64,000 nt of DNA from positions 68,662 to 132,661 of the forward strand of contig JAWBKB010000003.1 in NCBI GenBank assembly GCA_038831915.1, in the 5' to 3' direction. The position numbers and the translations under genes are program-made. Positions 9,706 through 19,397 of this stretch are shown here, piece by piece (the stretch's first letter is position 1; every line of letters begins with the position of its first letter). This stretch comes from Candidatus Caldarchaeum sp. (GTDB lineage Archaea; Thermoproteota; Nitrososphaeria_A; Caldarchaeales; Caldarchaeaceae). The notes beneath the pieces are model-generated. The model searched no databases and was not told the DNA's origin. It saw only the letters and a list, made by a program, of their open reading frames with translations.

Positions 9706-11660
9706 TCTGCGACGACGCTGCCTGTGTCGGGTAGGACGCGGTAGCCGGGCAACGTGTTTTCCAGCTTTCTTTGAAATGGTTTGCTTGCGAGGGTTTCGAT
9801 GAATTTTTGGACGGCTGGTTTGCTGAACCGCTGCTTTGGGATGACGAAGTCGTAGATTTCCTCGGCGAGCGGGATGAATTCGAGGCCGTAGTGTTTGGCG
9901 ACCGCTTCAAGGGTTATGCCGACGTCAGCGGTTCCATGCATCACCGCGGCGGCGACAGCCGTATGTGTCCTGACTTCGTAGTCGTATCCACGGATGCGTG
10001 TGTAGGGGTTATGGACACCGTGTTCGGCGAGCATGATGTCCAGATAAGTTCTTATCCCCGAGCCTTTCACACGGTTGACAAACATCACGTCTTCACGGAG
10101 AAGGTCTTCAAAGGACGTGACCTTGAGCGGGTTGCCCTGCCGTGTCACGAATCCGATTTTTCTCGCGTAGCCACGTATGAGGAGGACTTTTCCCCGTAGC
10201 CCAAGCCGGTCCATCATGAAGCCGTTGTATTCGCGGGTTTTTTCGTCGAGGAGATGTGTTCCTGCGATGTCTGCTTCACCGCGTTTGACAGCCTGCCACC
10301 CGCCTATGGAGCCGACGTTAATCACTTTCGAGTCAGTTGACCAGTTTTGATCGAGGAGTATGTCGACGCCGGGGCAGTGGCTTCCGATTATCACGAGTTC
10401 TGCTGGTGTTATTTTTTCGGAGAGAAGGCTGACCTCGACGGTTTCGCCTTCTTCGAAAAATTCGCGTGTTTCATCTGCTTCCACTATTCCGTCGGCAACC
10501 GACAAAACATATGTCGAGCCCGACTGTCCGAGCAACGGATACGCGACAACACCGTTCTCAGACACGACCGTCTGTACGGCTATCATCTCTTTTTTTCCAC
10601 GTCCAGCCTCTACTCGGAAAGCCAGTTTAGCGGTGATTGTTCCGGATTTTCGCGGCCTGGCTCCGGCGAGTTTTTCGACGATGGGTTTGACGAGTTTCTG
10701 GAAAACCATCATCGCGGACAGGGGGAAGCCGGGAAGACCTATGAGAATCGTGTTTCCCGAGACGGCTAAGGCCGTTGGTTTTCCCGGCTTGATTTTCAAC
10801 CCATGGACGAGAACCCGGCCACCGCTCAGCTCGCTGAAAACCCTGTAAACCATGTCGCCGAAACCCGCCGAAGTGCTTCCCGAAGTAATCACGAGGTCGT
10901 ATCCATTTTTCACCGCGTAACCAATCTTCTCAACGAGCAGCTGGTGGTCGTCGGCGATGATTCCGTGAAACTCTGCGTCAGCTCCTAACTCGGTCAGCAT
11001 CGCTGTCAACGTGGGGCCGTTAATGTCGTAGATTTTGCCGAGCTCAAGAGGTTGTCCACAGGGGATTACTTCGTTTCCCGTCGAGAAAACCGCGGCCCTT
11101 ACCTTCCGGTAGACTGGAATTTCGGTCACGCCAACTGACGTGAGCACAGCGATTTCCCTCGGCGAAATCACGGTGCCTTTTCGAAGAACCATGTCCCCCA
11201 CCGATACGTCTGAACCCGTTTGAGCGATGTTCTCACCCGGTGAAACAGGTCTGAAAATCATCACTTTGTTATCGCCGACTTTCTTGGTGAACTCCACCAT
11301 CACGACAGCGTTGGCCCCGCGTGGAATGGGGGAGCCGGTCGCGATTTCAACACACTGGCCCCGAGCGACCTCGCCGTGGAACGGGACGCCGACCTCAGCG
11401 TTTCCAACCACTTCGAGGATGACTGGGTTTTCCTCGGTGGCTGTGAAAAGGTCGGATGCTTTTACCGCGTAGCCGTCGACCGTCGACCTGTCAAACGGCG
11501 GATAGGATGTTTTGGCGAGCAGGTTTTCCGCGAGAATTCTGCCGAGCGATTGGTTCACATGTATTTTTTCGACGCCGAGCGGTTTGAGGCCGCCGACTTG
11601 CTTGTCCAGAAGTTCAAGCGCTTCTTCGATTGATACGAGGGTGTGGAAAACCGTCGCCAA
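9702..11660 (-). CDS. moeA: molybdopterin molybdenumtransferase MoeA fused to a C-terminal periplasmic-binding-protein-like domain
   Basis: N-terminal 400 aa match MoeA (SLGRILAENLLAKTSYPPFDRSTVDGYAV...GDNKVM...ISPREIAVLTSVGVTEIPVYRKVRAAVFSTGNE...VITSGSTSAG). An extra C-terminal ~230-aa PBP-like domain is typical of archaeal MoeA. Confidence 0.8.
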   Translation of the reverse strand: MATVFHTLVSIEEALELLDKQVGGLKPLGVEKIHVNQSLGRILAENLLAKTSYPPFDRSTVDGYAVKASDLFTATEENPVILEVVGNAEVGVPFHGEVARGQCVEIATGSPIPRGANAVVMVEFTKKVGDNKVMIFRPVSPGENIAQTGSDVSVGDMVLRKGTVISPREIAVLTSVGVTEIPVYRKVRAAVFSTGNEVIPCGQPLELGKIYDINGPTLTAMLTELGADAEFHGIIADDHQLLVEKIGYAVKNGYDLVITSGSTSAGFGDMVYRVFSELSGGRVLVHGLKIKPGKPTALAVSGNTILIGLPGFPLSAMMVFQKLVKPIVEKLAGARPRKSGTITAKLAFRVEAGRGKKEMIAVQTVVSENGVVAYPLLGQSGSTYVLSVADGIVEADETREFFEEGETVEVSLLSEKITPAELVIIGSHCPGVDILLDQNWSTDSKVINVGSIGGWQAVKRGEADIAGTHLLDEKTREYNGFMMDRLGLRGKVLLIRGYARKIGFVTRQGNPLKVTSFEDLLREDVMFVNRVKGSGIRTYLDIMLAEHGVHNPYTRIRGYDYEVRTHTAVAAAVMHGTADVGITLEAVAKHYGLEFIPLAEEIYDFVIPKQRFSKPAVQKFIETLASKPFQRKLENTLPGYRVLPDTGSVVAD

Positions 11661-11672
11661 CCGCTACACCGC

Positions 11673-12956
11673 TTAATCTTGTTTGAGTAGATGCACCTCC
11701 ACTATGTCGCCTTCGTCAAATCCTTCGACGTCTTCGGGAACAACGAGGATGCCGTTCGCTTTCGTCAACGTTGACAATAGCCCTGAACCGGTGAGCATCA
11801 GAGGCTCGACAACGTATCCTTCGTCAGTTTTCCGCACAAACACTCTGACGAAGGCTTTTGACAGCGATGGGTTGGCAACCCGCCGCGAAAGCTTTCCCCT
11901 GACTGTACATGGTATTTGAGGCTGTCTCCAGTAAAAAGTGTTGACGACAGGCTCGACGAACAACACAAACCCCAGCAACGCTGAAACAGGGAAACCCGAC
12001 AACATGAAAACCGGTTTGCCGTCTATCACGGCGGCGCCCGTTGGCTTAGCCGGCCTTACCCTCACACCGTGAAATATCACTCCGGGTTTTCCCAATTTGT
12101 TGACGGCTTCCGGGACGATGTCACGTTCTCCGACGCTTGTGCCGCCTGTTACGATAACCATGTCAGCTGTTCTCAGCCCTTCTCTTATCATCGCCGAAAC
12201 AGTGTCTATGCTGTCTTCCGCTGTTCCAAGGTCGACGGGCTCGCATCCCAATTCAGTTATCAGTGCTTTGAGCATGGGTTTGGAGCTGTTGATTATCTGG
12301 CCTTTTCTGGGTTGTTGACCGAGTTCGACGAGCTCTGACCCTGTGCTGAGAACCGCGATTCGCAGCTTGACGTAGACCGGGATGTGTGTGATGTTGAGGG
12401 AAGCAAGTGCTCCGATGTGCCAGGGCCTAATCCGAATGCCTTTCGCCACCACGAGCTCACCTTCCGCAAAATCTTCACCAACCCGCGAAACGTTCTGAAA
12501 CGGATAAACCTGCCTGTAAACCTCGATGAAGCCATCGCTGGTTTTCTTGACGTTTTCAGCCATCACGACGGCGTCTGCGCCCGCTGGAATAGGCCCTCCT
12601 GTGTAGATTTCAACGGTCTGCCCCGGCGAAATCTTCGGCGTTTCGTCCAGCGTCATCCCCGCATGCGAAACTCCCACAAGCTCGAGTGTTACCGGGTTGG
12701 TCGGCGACGCTCCGAAAGTATCTTCAGCCCGAACCGCGTATCCATCCATCGCGCTCCTGTCAAAAGCCGGAACATTCACAGGTGAACGAACATCTTCACC
12801 ACAGTAACGACCCAGACAGGCTTCCAATGGAACTCTTTCAACACGCAGTTCTCGAAAATCAATTTTTTCCAAAAGCATGGAAAGAGCTTCGTCGGCTTTA
12901 AGAAGTGAGGGAAAACCAGTCATTTTTTTCCGCATCATGAATAGTTTATCCGTCAA
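11673..12956 (-). CDS. moeA: MoeA paralog (molybdopterin molybdenumtransferase)
   Basis: 427 aa with MoeA motifs (PAFDRSAMDGYAV, IAVLSTGSELV, VIVTGGTSVGERD). Confidence 0.8.
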   Translation of the reverse strand: MTDKLFMMRKKMTGFPSLLKADEALSMLLEKIDFRELRVERVPLEACLGRYCGEDVRSPVNVPAFDRSAMDGYAVRAEDTFGASPTNPVTLELVGVSHAGMTLDETPKISPGQTVEIYTGGPIPAGADAVVMAENVKKTSDGFIEVYRQVYPFQNVSRVGEDFAEGELVVAKGIRIRPWHIGALASLNITHIPVYVKLRIAVLSTGSELVELGQQPRKGQIINSSKPMLKALITELGCEPVDLGTAEDSIDTVSAMIREGLRTADMVIVTGGTSVGERDIVPEAVNKLGKPGVIFHGVRVRPAKPTGAAVIDGKPVFMLSGFPVSALLGFVLFVEPVVNTFYWRQPQIPCTVRGKLSRRVANPSLSKAFVRVFVRKTDEGYVVEPLMLTGSGLLSTLTKANGILVVPEDVEGFDEGDIVEVHLLKQD

Positions 12957-12975
12957 CTGGTTGGGTGGATTTGAT

Positions 12976-13188
12976 TTAAGCGTTTTTAAGGGCCTCAGCT
13001 GCTTTGTTCAACAAAGCCGCCAGCAGGTTGTTCAACTCGAGGTAGCTCGTGAAAAGCTGTTGCTGTGCTTCGCGGTAGGCGGCGATGTTTTCAGCCGAGG
13101 GGTTGCTTTCCAGCCTCTGAACAGCTTCCTCGAACCGCGTAGCGTTTATGCCGAACAACTTCAAAGCTGAACGCAGCTGCTCAGACAA
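12976..13188 (-). CDS. small helical hypothetical protein (70 aa)
   Basis: ORF between fdhD and moeA with amphipathic-helix character and no Cys. Coding status uncertain. Confidence 0.3.
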   Translation of the reverse strand: MSEQLRSALKLFGINATRFEEAVQRLESNPSAENIAAYREAQQQLFTSYLELNNLLAALLNKAAEALKNA

Positions 13189-13195
13189 ACAACGA

Positions 13196-14047
13196 TCACT
13201 GAATTTTCACGTGCTGAGTAGCCCCTATTATTCTTTCCGGATATGAATAAACAGTTAAGCCGCGGCCTCTCACGGTGCTGACCATGGTTACGCCGCTTTT
13301 CAAAGCAGCGTAAAGCCCTGAGAAAATCGGGCCGCGGAGTGAAACGGTAATCGGTATACCTACACGTGCGGCTTTAAGCACCATGTCGGATGCTTGACGG
13401 CCCGTCGTCAAAAGAACCGAACGGGAGAAATTCACGTTCATCAAAACCGCTTTTCCGATGATTTTGTCAACAGTCACGTGTCTGCTAACATCCATCGCCA
13501 ACACCGCGAGCTTGCTGTCATATGTAGTGTATAGCCCGGCGGTGTGAACTGAAACCGTCCGGTTCGAAAGACGGCCGAACTCTGAGATTATGGTGCGGAG
13601 CCCGTCGACGGTTATCTTGAGATTTGACTTGACGCGGGGTTTGTTTATGGTGTCGAAAGCTCTCATGTAGTCTTCGACCGAGCCGCATGAAGTCATGATG
13701 AGCTTGAAGGCTTGATGTTGTTCTACACGGTTTCGCAGCGTTTCTTCGTCGATGTCGAGGTAGACGAGGATGTCGAGGCCGTCGATTGTGATTTCCCGAA
13801 TGCTTTTCACGTCTGAAACGATGCCATGGCCGAGAAGATGGCCTATCGTCATTTCACGGAGCTCGTAGGGGGTTGCGAAAACCGTGACGAAATGCTCGTC
13901 GTTAAGGTAGATATTCACAGGAGACTCCATCGCGATTTCATCCGTTATTTCCTCGCCTGTGTCGACGCGGAAGCCTTTAGCAGACGTGGAGAAACCGAAT
14001 CCCTGCATGAATTGCCACCCTTTATCCGGCGAATTGCTTTTAAACAT
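13196..14047 (-). CDS. fdhD: FdhD-family sulfurtransferase (formate dehydrogenase maturation)
   Basis: 283 aa, FdhD-like, including the conserved Cys loop context IMTSCGSVEDY. Confidence 0.7.
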   Translation of the reverse strand: MFKSNSPDKGWQFMQGFGFSTSAKGFRVDTGEEITDEIAMESPVNIYLNDEHFVTVFATPYELREMTIGHLLGHGIVSDVKSIREITIDGLDILVYLDIDEETLRNRVEQHQAFKLIMTSCGSVEDYMRAFDTINKPRVKSNLKITVDGLRTIISEFGRLSNRTVSVHTAGLYTTYDSKLAVLAMDVSRHVTVDKIIGKAVLMNVNFSRSVLLTTGRQASDMVLKAARVGIPITVSLRGPIFSGLYAALKSGVTMVSTVRGRGLTVYSYPERIIGATQHVKIQ

Positions 14048-14062
14048 TTATGGCTGTAACAG

Positions 14063-15010
14063 ATGGAAGAAGACGGAGTGTTGCTGGAAACGGTTCAGAA
14101 ACAGGCTGATTGTAACGTCTGCCACGAAGGCCCCGTGGTCTATCACAGAGTCTATTCAGGTGAAAAACTGTGCCGCAAATGCTTCATCAAAACATTTGAA
14201 AAAAGGGTTATCCGAACCATCGGACGCTACGGACTGCTTAGGCCCGACGACAGAATAGCCGTGGCTGTTTCAGGCGGCAAAGACAGCCTGTCGCTTCTCC
14301 ATGTGTTGAAAAAATTGGAGAAGAATTTTCCACGGGCCTCGCTTTTCGCCGTAACAGTTGACGAAGGAATTCCAGGCTACCGCGACGAAGCAATCGAATA
14401 CGTCGTCGAAACAACTCAGAGGCTTAACGTGCCTTTAGTTAAGACGTCTTTCGAGGAACTGTTCGGCATGACACTGACAAAGATGATTTCGACTTCTGTG
14501 TTCCGGGAAAGCGGGCTCGCGGCATGCACTGTTTGCGGGCCTCTGCGGAGAAGAGCCATAAACATCGCGGCGAAAAAAGCGGGCGCAACCGTGATAGCCA
14601 CCGCACACACGTTAGACGACATCGTCCAAACCTATTTTCTCAAAGTTTTCAGAGGTGAGCTGGGAAGCTCAGACGTCGGGCTCCGCTCTGAAGGGCCTGT
14701 GATTCCACGCGTGGCGCCGTTCCGCCTCACCCCGGAAAGAGAAGTGGTTTTCTACGCCTATCTCCGCAACATTCCGTTCCAGTCCCATGTCTGTCCAAAC
14801 GCGGCTGAAGCCATGAGAAACCCCATCAGACAGTTTCTCGCAGAGTTCGAGGAAAGACATCCCGGCTCGCTTTTCGCAGCTCTTCGAAGCTTTGAAAAAG
14901 CAACACGCACCACGCCGAAGAATTTGCATTACTGCCGAACCTGTGGGGAGCCGACCAGCCGTGAAACATGTAGGGTCTGCGAACTGCTGACCTCGCTCAG
15001 GATAAGTTAG
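14063..15010 (+). CDS. TtuA/NcsA-like tRNA 2-thiolation PP-loop ATPase with N- and C-terminal zinc fingers
   Basis: PP-loop SGGKDS. N-terminal CNVCH...CRKC and C-terminal CRTCG...CRVC zinc ribbons. Confidence 0.75.
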   Translation: MEEDGVLLETVQKQADCNVCHEGPVVYHRVYSGEKLCRKCFIKTFEKRVIRTIGRYGLLRPDDRIAVAVSGGKDSLSLLHVLKKLEKNFPRASLFAVTVDEGIPGYRDEAIEYVVETTQRLNVPLVKTSFEELFGMTLTKMISTSVFRESGLAACTVCGPLRRRAINIAAKKAGATVIATAHTLDDIVQTYFLKVFRGELGSSDVGLRSEGPVIPRVAPFRLTPEREVVFYAYLRNIPFQSHVCPNAAEAMRNPIRQFLAEFEERHPGSLFAALRSFEKATRTTPKNLHYCRTCGEPTSRETCRVCELLTSLRIS

Positions 15011-16188
15011 ATTTGGAAGAAGCCGAAAGTTGTGTAGGTGAACGCGATGTTCGCGACAACTAGGCCTATGCAGAGAAGAGCGGCGGCGTTGGCGATGCCC
15101 GTCATCGTCTTCTGGTTTTTGACGAATTTTTCGAGAACGGCTCGGAGCATTAAATGGCCGTCAAGCGCGTAGATCGGAAGCATGTTGAACACGGCGACTC
15201 CGATTGATACGAGCTGAAGCCAGAAAAGAGTTCGGTAAAGATTGTAAGAGCCGATTATGTCGACGCCAGGTATTCGAGACATCAAGTATGTGTCGATTTG
15301 GACTACGCCAAGTCCTCTGATGACGGAGCCAAGTGGAATTTCTCGTCCGCGAACCTCTGGGTTGGTGTCGAAAACGTATTCATCGGTTAATGTTTTCACG
15401 CGGATTTTCTCGGCGATTATGATTGATTCCGTCCGGATAGTGTAGCTGTTTACAGGCACGTCGTCGATGCTTACGATGACGTCATTGACCTTGATTCTTG
15501 CGTTTTCCTCCACCTGTAAAGCGATGAGGCCCGCTTCCTGGGGTATGAACAACCCGAACATCATCAGCAACGCGATGACGCCGACGGCTATGTTGGCGAA
15601 AGAACCAACCGCGGCGACCCGCATCTTTGCACCGGGCTTCGCGGATTTGAAAGCCTGTTCATCGGGCTCGACAAACCCGCCGGGCACCACGAAAATCATG
15701 AAGATGCCAGCCGACTTGACTGGCAGTCCTTCACGTCTCGCGATTATTCCATGCATTCCTTCATGTGTGAGAAGAACGAGGGCGAACGCGATGAATAGGT
15801 AGGGAAGATTTTCAAGCCTGATGGTGACTCCCACTATGAGCGGTATGACGATGTTCTGCCCGGTTACCTGCTCAGGCCTGAACAGATACGTGGATAAATT
15901 AGTGGCGAGCACGTAGACCGCGAAAGCCATCAACCCGAACCCGGTCGCTATCGCGGCCCGTGAAACAGCATCCCAGAAACGCGGTGCCCTCTCAGTCAAA
16001 ATGTCAAGAGGCCGTGTCACCTTCTTGAACTTCACGATTAGAAGCAGTGGATAAAGCGAATAGGATAAGCCGTTTCCCTCAGCTTCAACTCTTTCGGTTT
16101 TACGCCGTCGGTAAACCAGTCTGTCGACCGCGAAAGCAACCATCCAAGCCGCCGCGAGAACGGCGAGAACTTCGACAATCGTCACCAT
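15007..16188 (-). CDS. site-2 protease family (peptidase M50) membrane metalloprotease with PDZ-like insert
   Basis: HEGMHG zinc motif, multiple TM segments, C-terminal LDG-type motif region. Confidence 0.75.
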   Translation of the reverse strand: MVTIVEVLAVLAAAWMVAFAVDRLVYRRRKTERVEAEGNGLSYSLYPLLLIVKFKKVTRPLDILTERAPRFWDAVSRAAIATGFGLMAFAVYVLATNLSTYLFRPEQVTGQNIVIPLIVGVTIRLENLPYLFIAFALVLLTHEGMHGIIARREGLPVKSAGIFMIFVVPGGFVEPDEQAFKSAKPGAKMRVAAVGSFANIAVGVIALLMMFGLFIPQEAGLIALQVEENARIKVNDVIVSIDDVPVNSYTIRTESIIIAEKIRVKTLTDEYVFDTNPEVRGREIPLGSVIRGLGVVQIDTYLMSRIPGVDIIGSYNLYRTLFWLQLVSIGVAVFNMLPIYALDGHLMLRAVLEKFVKNQKTMTGIANAAALLCIGLVVANIAFTYTTFGFFQI

Positions 16189-16292
16189 TTACACATCTCC
16201 GCGGAAATCCACCAATAATAGATTTCCCCACAACCCAGCGGTTCAAACATCTTCCATTCTAACCATATTTAGAGTTGGACACATGATTTGGT

Positions 16293-16904
16293 ATGATGTC
16301 TCAGGTTAACGTTGCGAGAAACACTTCACGCGCGGTTTTCAAACTCGTTTTCTACATCGTCGTTTACGTGGCGGTGGCCGCTGATATTCAGTGGCTTTTC
16401 AGCGCTTTTCTCCCTGTTTACCGCGTGAACATAGCCGACTACCTCGTCTATGTTCAGATTTTGTTGTCTCTCGCGTTTGGTTATTTGATTGTGTCATTTG
16501 TAGCTGAACTGCTTTACAAGATTCTCAGCGTAAAGTATGAACATTCAGCGGCTGCGGCAGTGAGAAACCTCTTGAAAATAATTGGGCTGGGCGCATTGGC
16601 GGCGTCGATAGCCGGTGGAGTAGCCGGTGGAGCGGTTGGTCTCGCGTTGGGCGGCTTCATCGGATTGGTGATAGGATTCGCATCACAGCAGATTCTCGGA
16701 CAAGCCATAGCGGGCCTGTTCCTTCTCATCGCGCGGCCGTTCAAAATAGGCGACGCCGTAGTAATCGCCGGCGAAGAAGGAGTGGTCGAAGACATCGCAA
16801 CCCTTTTCACATCAGTAGTAAAAGCTGACGTCACGAAAGTATTGATTCCAAACAACAGCCTCATCGGCGGCAAAATCGTGTTGAAGAAAGCTCAATGGTT
16901 ATAG
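16293..16904 (+). CDS. small-conductance mechanosensitive channel (MscS family)
   Basis: Three N-terminal TM helices plus the MscS beta-domain signature FKIGDAVVIAGEEGVVEDIATLFT. Confidence 0.7.
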   Translation: MMSQVNVARNTSRAVFKLVFYIVVYVAVAADIQWLFSAFLPVYRVNIADYLVYVQILLSLAFGYLIVSFVAELLYKILSVKYEHSAAAAVRNLLKIIGLGALAASIAGGVAGGAVGLALGGFIGLVIGFASQQILGQAIAGLFLLIARPFKIGDAVVIAGEEGVVEDIATLFTSVVKADVTKVLIPNNSLIGGKIVLKKAQWL

Positions 16905-17353
16905 CGTGGATTCGTCTTCATCCGACGCCGTTGCCGTATTTCATCCGCTGCGTCGACGAAGACAAGTGGCTGACGGAGTCGCGGTCGATAGCTACTTGGC
17001 GTGCTCTCGAAATGCTGGCAAAAAACCTCATGGAGTCCACGGCCCTTCAACTACCACATCGGAGAAAAATCTACTCGAAGGAAGAAGCAGCGGCGTGGAC
17101 TATGTTCTTCTTCAAAGTAAGAGACTATAAGCCAAACCCAACCATCAACATATCGGATTTCTACACATCCACGAACCAGATAGACTACGAAAAACTTGCT
17201 TCAACGCTCGGAGTTAAACCCGACGAAGCCGCGTCATATGTCAAAACTTTCGACAAACCGCTTATGATGGCCGCTGTAGAGGAAGCTCTCCAAGCGGTAC
17301 GGCACAGTTACCAATATCGACATTTGGTCGAATTGGTGAAAGGCAGAGTTTGA
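16895..17353 (+). CDS. hypothetical protein
   Basis: 152-aa ORF overlapping the MscS gene end by 10 nt. Confidence 0.35.
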   Translation: MVIAWIRLHPTPLPYFIRCVDEDKWLTESRSIATWRALEMLAKNLMESTALQLPHRRKIYSKEEAAAWTMFFFKVRDYKPNPTINISDFYTSTNQIDYEKLASTLGVKPDEAASYVKTFDKPLMMAAVEEALQAVRHSYQYRHLVELVKGRV

Positions 17354-17358
17354 AAAGG

Positions 17359-18321
17359 TTATTTGATGAACTTGATGCGACGTCTGTCTATTGTTAGGAT
17401 TGCCATGATGATTGCTATTGCTCCGAAAATTATCATTCGCACATTCAAGTCGATTGCAAGCATGCTTAGCCCGGAGTCAAGCCATCTGATTATCAAGACT
17501 CCGAGAAGAGTTCTATGCACGCCTCCTATTCCACCCGTCAACGCGGTTCCTCCAACCACGACGCTGGCGAACATGGGAATGGTGTCCAACACACCGACCT
17601 GCATGTGCGCACCCTGACTCTGCGACGCATACAGTATTCCCGAAACAGCTGCCAGCAACGCGCAAATCATGAAAACCAGAACACGTGTTCTGAGGATGTT
17701 TATTCCCGCTAGCCGAGCTCCAACCAAGTTGCCGCCGACCGCGTAAATAGCTCTGCCAAACGGCGTCGCCAACGTCAAGAACACGACGACCGCCCATATC
17801 CCTATGGCCCAGTAGAAAATTGAAGGCAATCCGAAAATCATCGTGGTTGAAAGCGCTCTGAAAGCTGGGTCGGTTATAATTCGTGTGTATCCTCCTGATA
17901 TGACTTGTGCGATTCCTTCAGCAACCATGGATGTCGCGAGAGTAGCCATGAAGCTTGGAATGTTGAATTTCGCCAGTAATATTCCGTTGACGAATCCGAA
18001 GCCAAGGGCTACGGCCAAAGTGATGGGCAACGCGCCGAACCCAAGCGAAGGATAAAGCACAGCAAAAATCATAGCTGACAACTTTAACACGCTTGGGACG
18101 GAGAAGTCAAACGACCCCATCATGATGACAAGCGTAAGTCCGCATGCCGCGATGAGGAAAAACGACATTCCATACAATAAAGTGATGACACTTTCGACGC
18201 TTGCAAGAAAGTAGGGATTAGCCAGCCGGAGAGAAACAATCAAAACCAACAGCCCAGTCAGCGGGATAATGGTGTTGAGGTTTCGCTGAACCCATTCCCT
18301 GTAGACAACTGGTTGCTTCAT
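17359..18321 (-). CDS. ABC transporter permease (monosaccharide/RbsC-type family)
   Basis: 320 aa, about 9 TM helices, typical BPD-type sugar permease organisation. No ATPase or binding-protein gene nearby. Confidence 0.7.
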   Translation of the reverse strand: MKQPVVYREWVQRNLNTIIPLTGLLVLIVSLRLANPYFLASVESVITLLYGMSFFLIAACGLTLVIMMGSFDFSVPSVLKLSAMIFAVLYPSLGFGALPITLAVALGFGFVNGILLAKFNIPSFMATLATSMVAEGIAQVISGGYTRIITDPAFRALSTTMIFGLPSIFYWAIGIWAVVVFLTLATPFGRAIYAVGGNLVGARLAGINILRTRVLVFMICALLAAVSGILYASQSQGAHMQVGVLDTIPMFASVVVGGTALTGGIGGVHRTLLGVLIIRWLDSGLSMLAIDLNVRMIIFGAIAIIMAILTIDRRRIKFIK

Positions 18322-18331
18322 GTTTTCACCT

Positions 18332-18604
18332 CTACGTGATGAGCGCGCCTTTAAGCGCTCGGGAGGATATCACGACTGCGCCGAGAAGCAGAGCGCCGAT
18401 GTAGAGTTTGAGATGGTTGTGGTCTACTCCGGGTAAGAGAAAGAGCCCGTTGAATATGAGGACGTAGATTAACGCGCCGAGAAGGGTGCGGTGCGGCCCT
18501 CCCATTCCACCGGCTAACGGTGTTCCGCCCAAAACTATCGCAGCCAATCCACGTATCAACTCGTTGGGGTCGAAATCGACACAAACATCATCCACTACAA
18601 GCAA
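18332..18604 (-). pseudogene. remnant: C-terminal ~90 codons of a second RbsC-type ABC permease (N-terminus missing)
   Basis: Translation ...LAGGMGGPHRTLLGALIYVLIFNGLFLLPGVDHNHLKLYIGALLLGAVVISS matches the conserved C-terminal permease helices. The upstream frame is closed and runs into an unrelated gene remnant on the opposite strand. Confidence 0.5.
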
Positions 18605-18649
18605 ATCAGAGTGTTGGGGACTTGGGGACTTCTATGTCGACGCCGACCG

Positions 18650-18795
18650 AGTTCAAACGCGCTCTGGATTTGGTGGTGAACAACGTAGTTGATTTGAAGC
18701 CTTTAATTACTTTGAAGCTTCCTCTCGTCGACGGTGTAAAAGGGTTCGCCGAAGCTCAGAGCTTCAGCAACCTCCGCGTAATGCTCAACCCTTGA
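18650..18795 (+). pseudogene. remnant: C-terminal ~48 codons of a zinc-type (MDR) alcohol/threonine dehydrogenase
   Basis: ...TEFKRALDLVVNNVVDLKPLITLKLPLVDGVKGFAEAQSFSNLRVMLNP* resembles the C-terminus of the MDR family (the same pattern appears in the intact paralog at 20458..21516). The upstream in-frame sequence is not ADH-like. Confidence 0.45.
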
Positions 18796-19378
18796 CAGAG
18801 GACGTTAGGTATTTCGGGTTGTCTACGAGTTTCGGCCGGCCGTTTTCCTCGACCACGAGCTTGGCGAATCCCTTTGTCTTCACGATTTCGTAGTCGTGGC
18901 CCGCGTCGAACGGGTAGGCGAAGAAGAAAACCAGTTCCTTCGAGCCTGTGTTCACTGTTCGGTGGCCCCAGCCGGGAGGAACATACACCACGGAATTCGG
19001 GGTAAGTTCCCGGGCTTCAACCACGCCGTCAGCCGTCTGCATAACTATCAATCCTTCTCCCTCAAGCCCGTAGTAGATTTCAGCCGCGGGCTTCTCGTGA
19101 AAATGTCCACGTGTCATGAAATATTAGCGGCCAACCTTTCCGGGATACATCACCGTCAACCCAAAATTAACATGTCCCATCCCACTTTCAAACGTCTTTT
19201 CATAATATTCGTAGACAACGAAGTCGCCGCGGGTTTGTAGTAGTTTCTCGACTTCATGGGTTTCGCTGAAGTATTCTTTGAGTGCTGAAAGCTTGACGAT
19301 GCGGTGGTTGGTATAGGGCTCGATTAAACGCTTGTGTAAATCAATTTTCGCGGAAAAAGTGCTCATGTTTCTCAGCAT
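18785..19378 (-). pseudogene. cupin-type glucose-6-phosphate isomerase (cPGI) interrupted by an in-frame TAA
   Basis: N-terminal ORF (19124..19378) ends ...MYPGKVGR. After the stop TAA at 19124-19126, the same frame continues as YFMTRGHFHEKP...VVYVPPGWGHRTVNTG (cupin His/Glu metal ligands). TAA sits where cPGIs have Glu (GAA). Confidence 0.6.
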
Positions 19379-19397
19379 ACTGGTGTGTTTTGCTGGT

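Noticed and set aside
9665-9910. 81-aa Ser-rich ORF at the moeA/rhodanese junction
   Set aside because: Low-complexity, overlaps two well-supported genes on the same strand in another frame.
17363-17617. Plus-strand ORFs inside the ABC permease gene (17363..17617, 17515..17712)
   Set aside because: Antisense shadow ORFs of a well-supported membrane protein gene.
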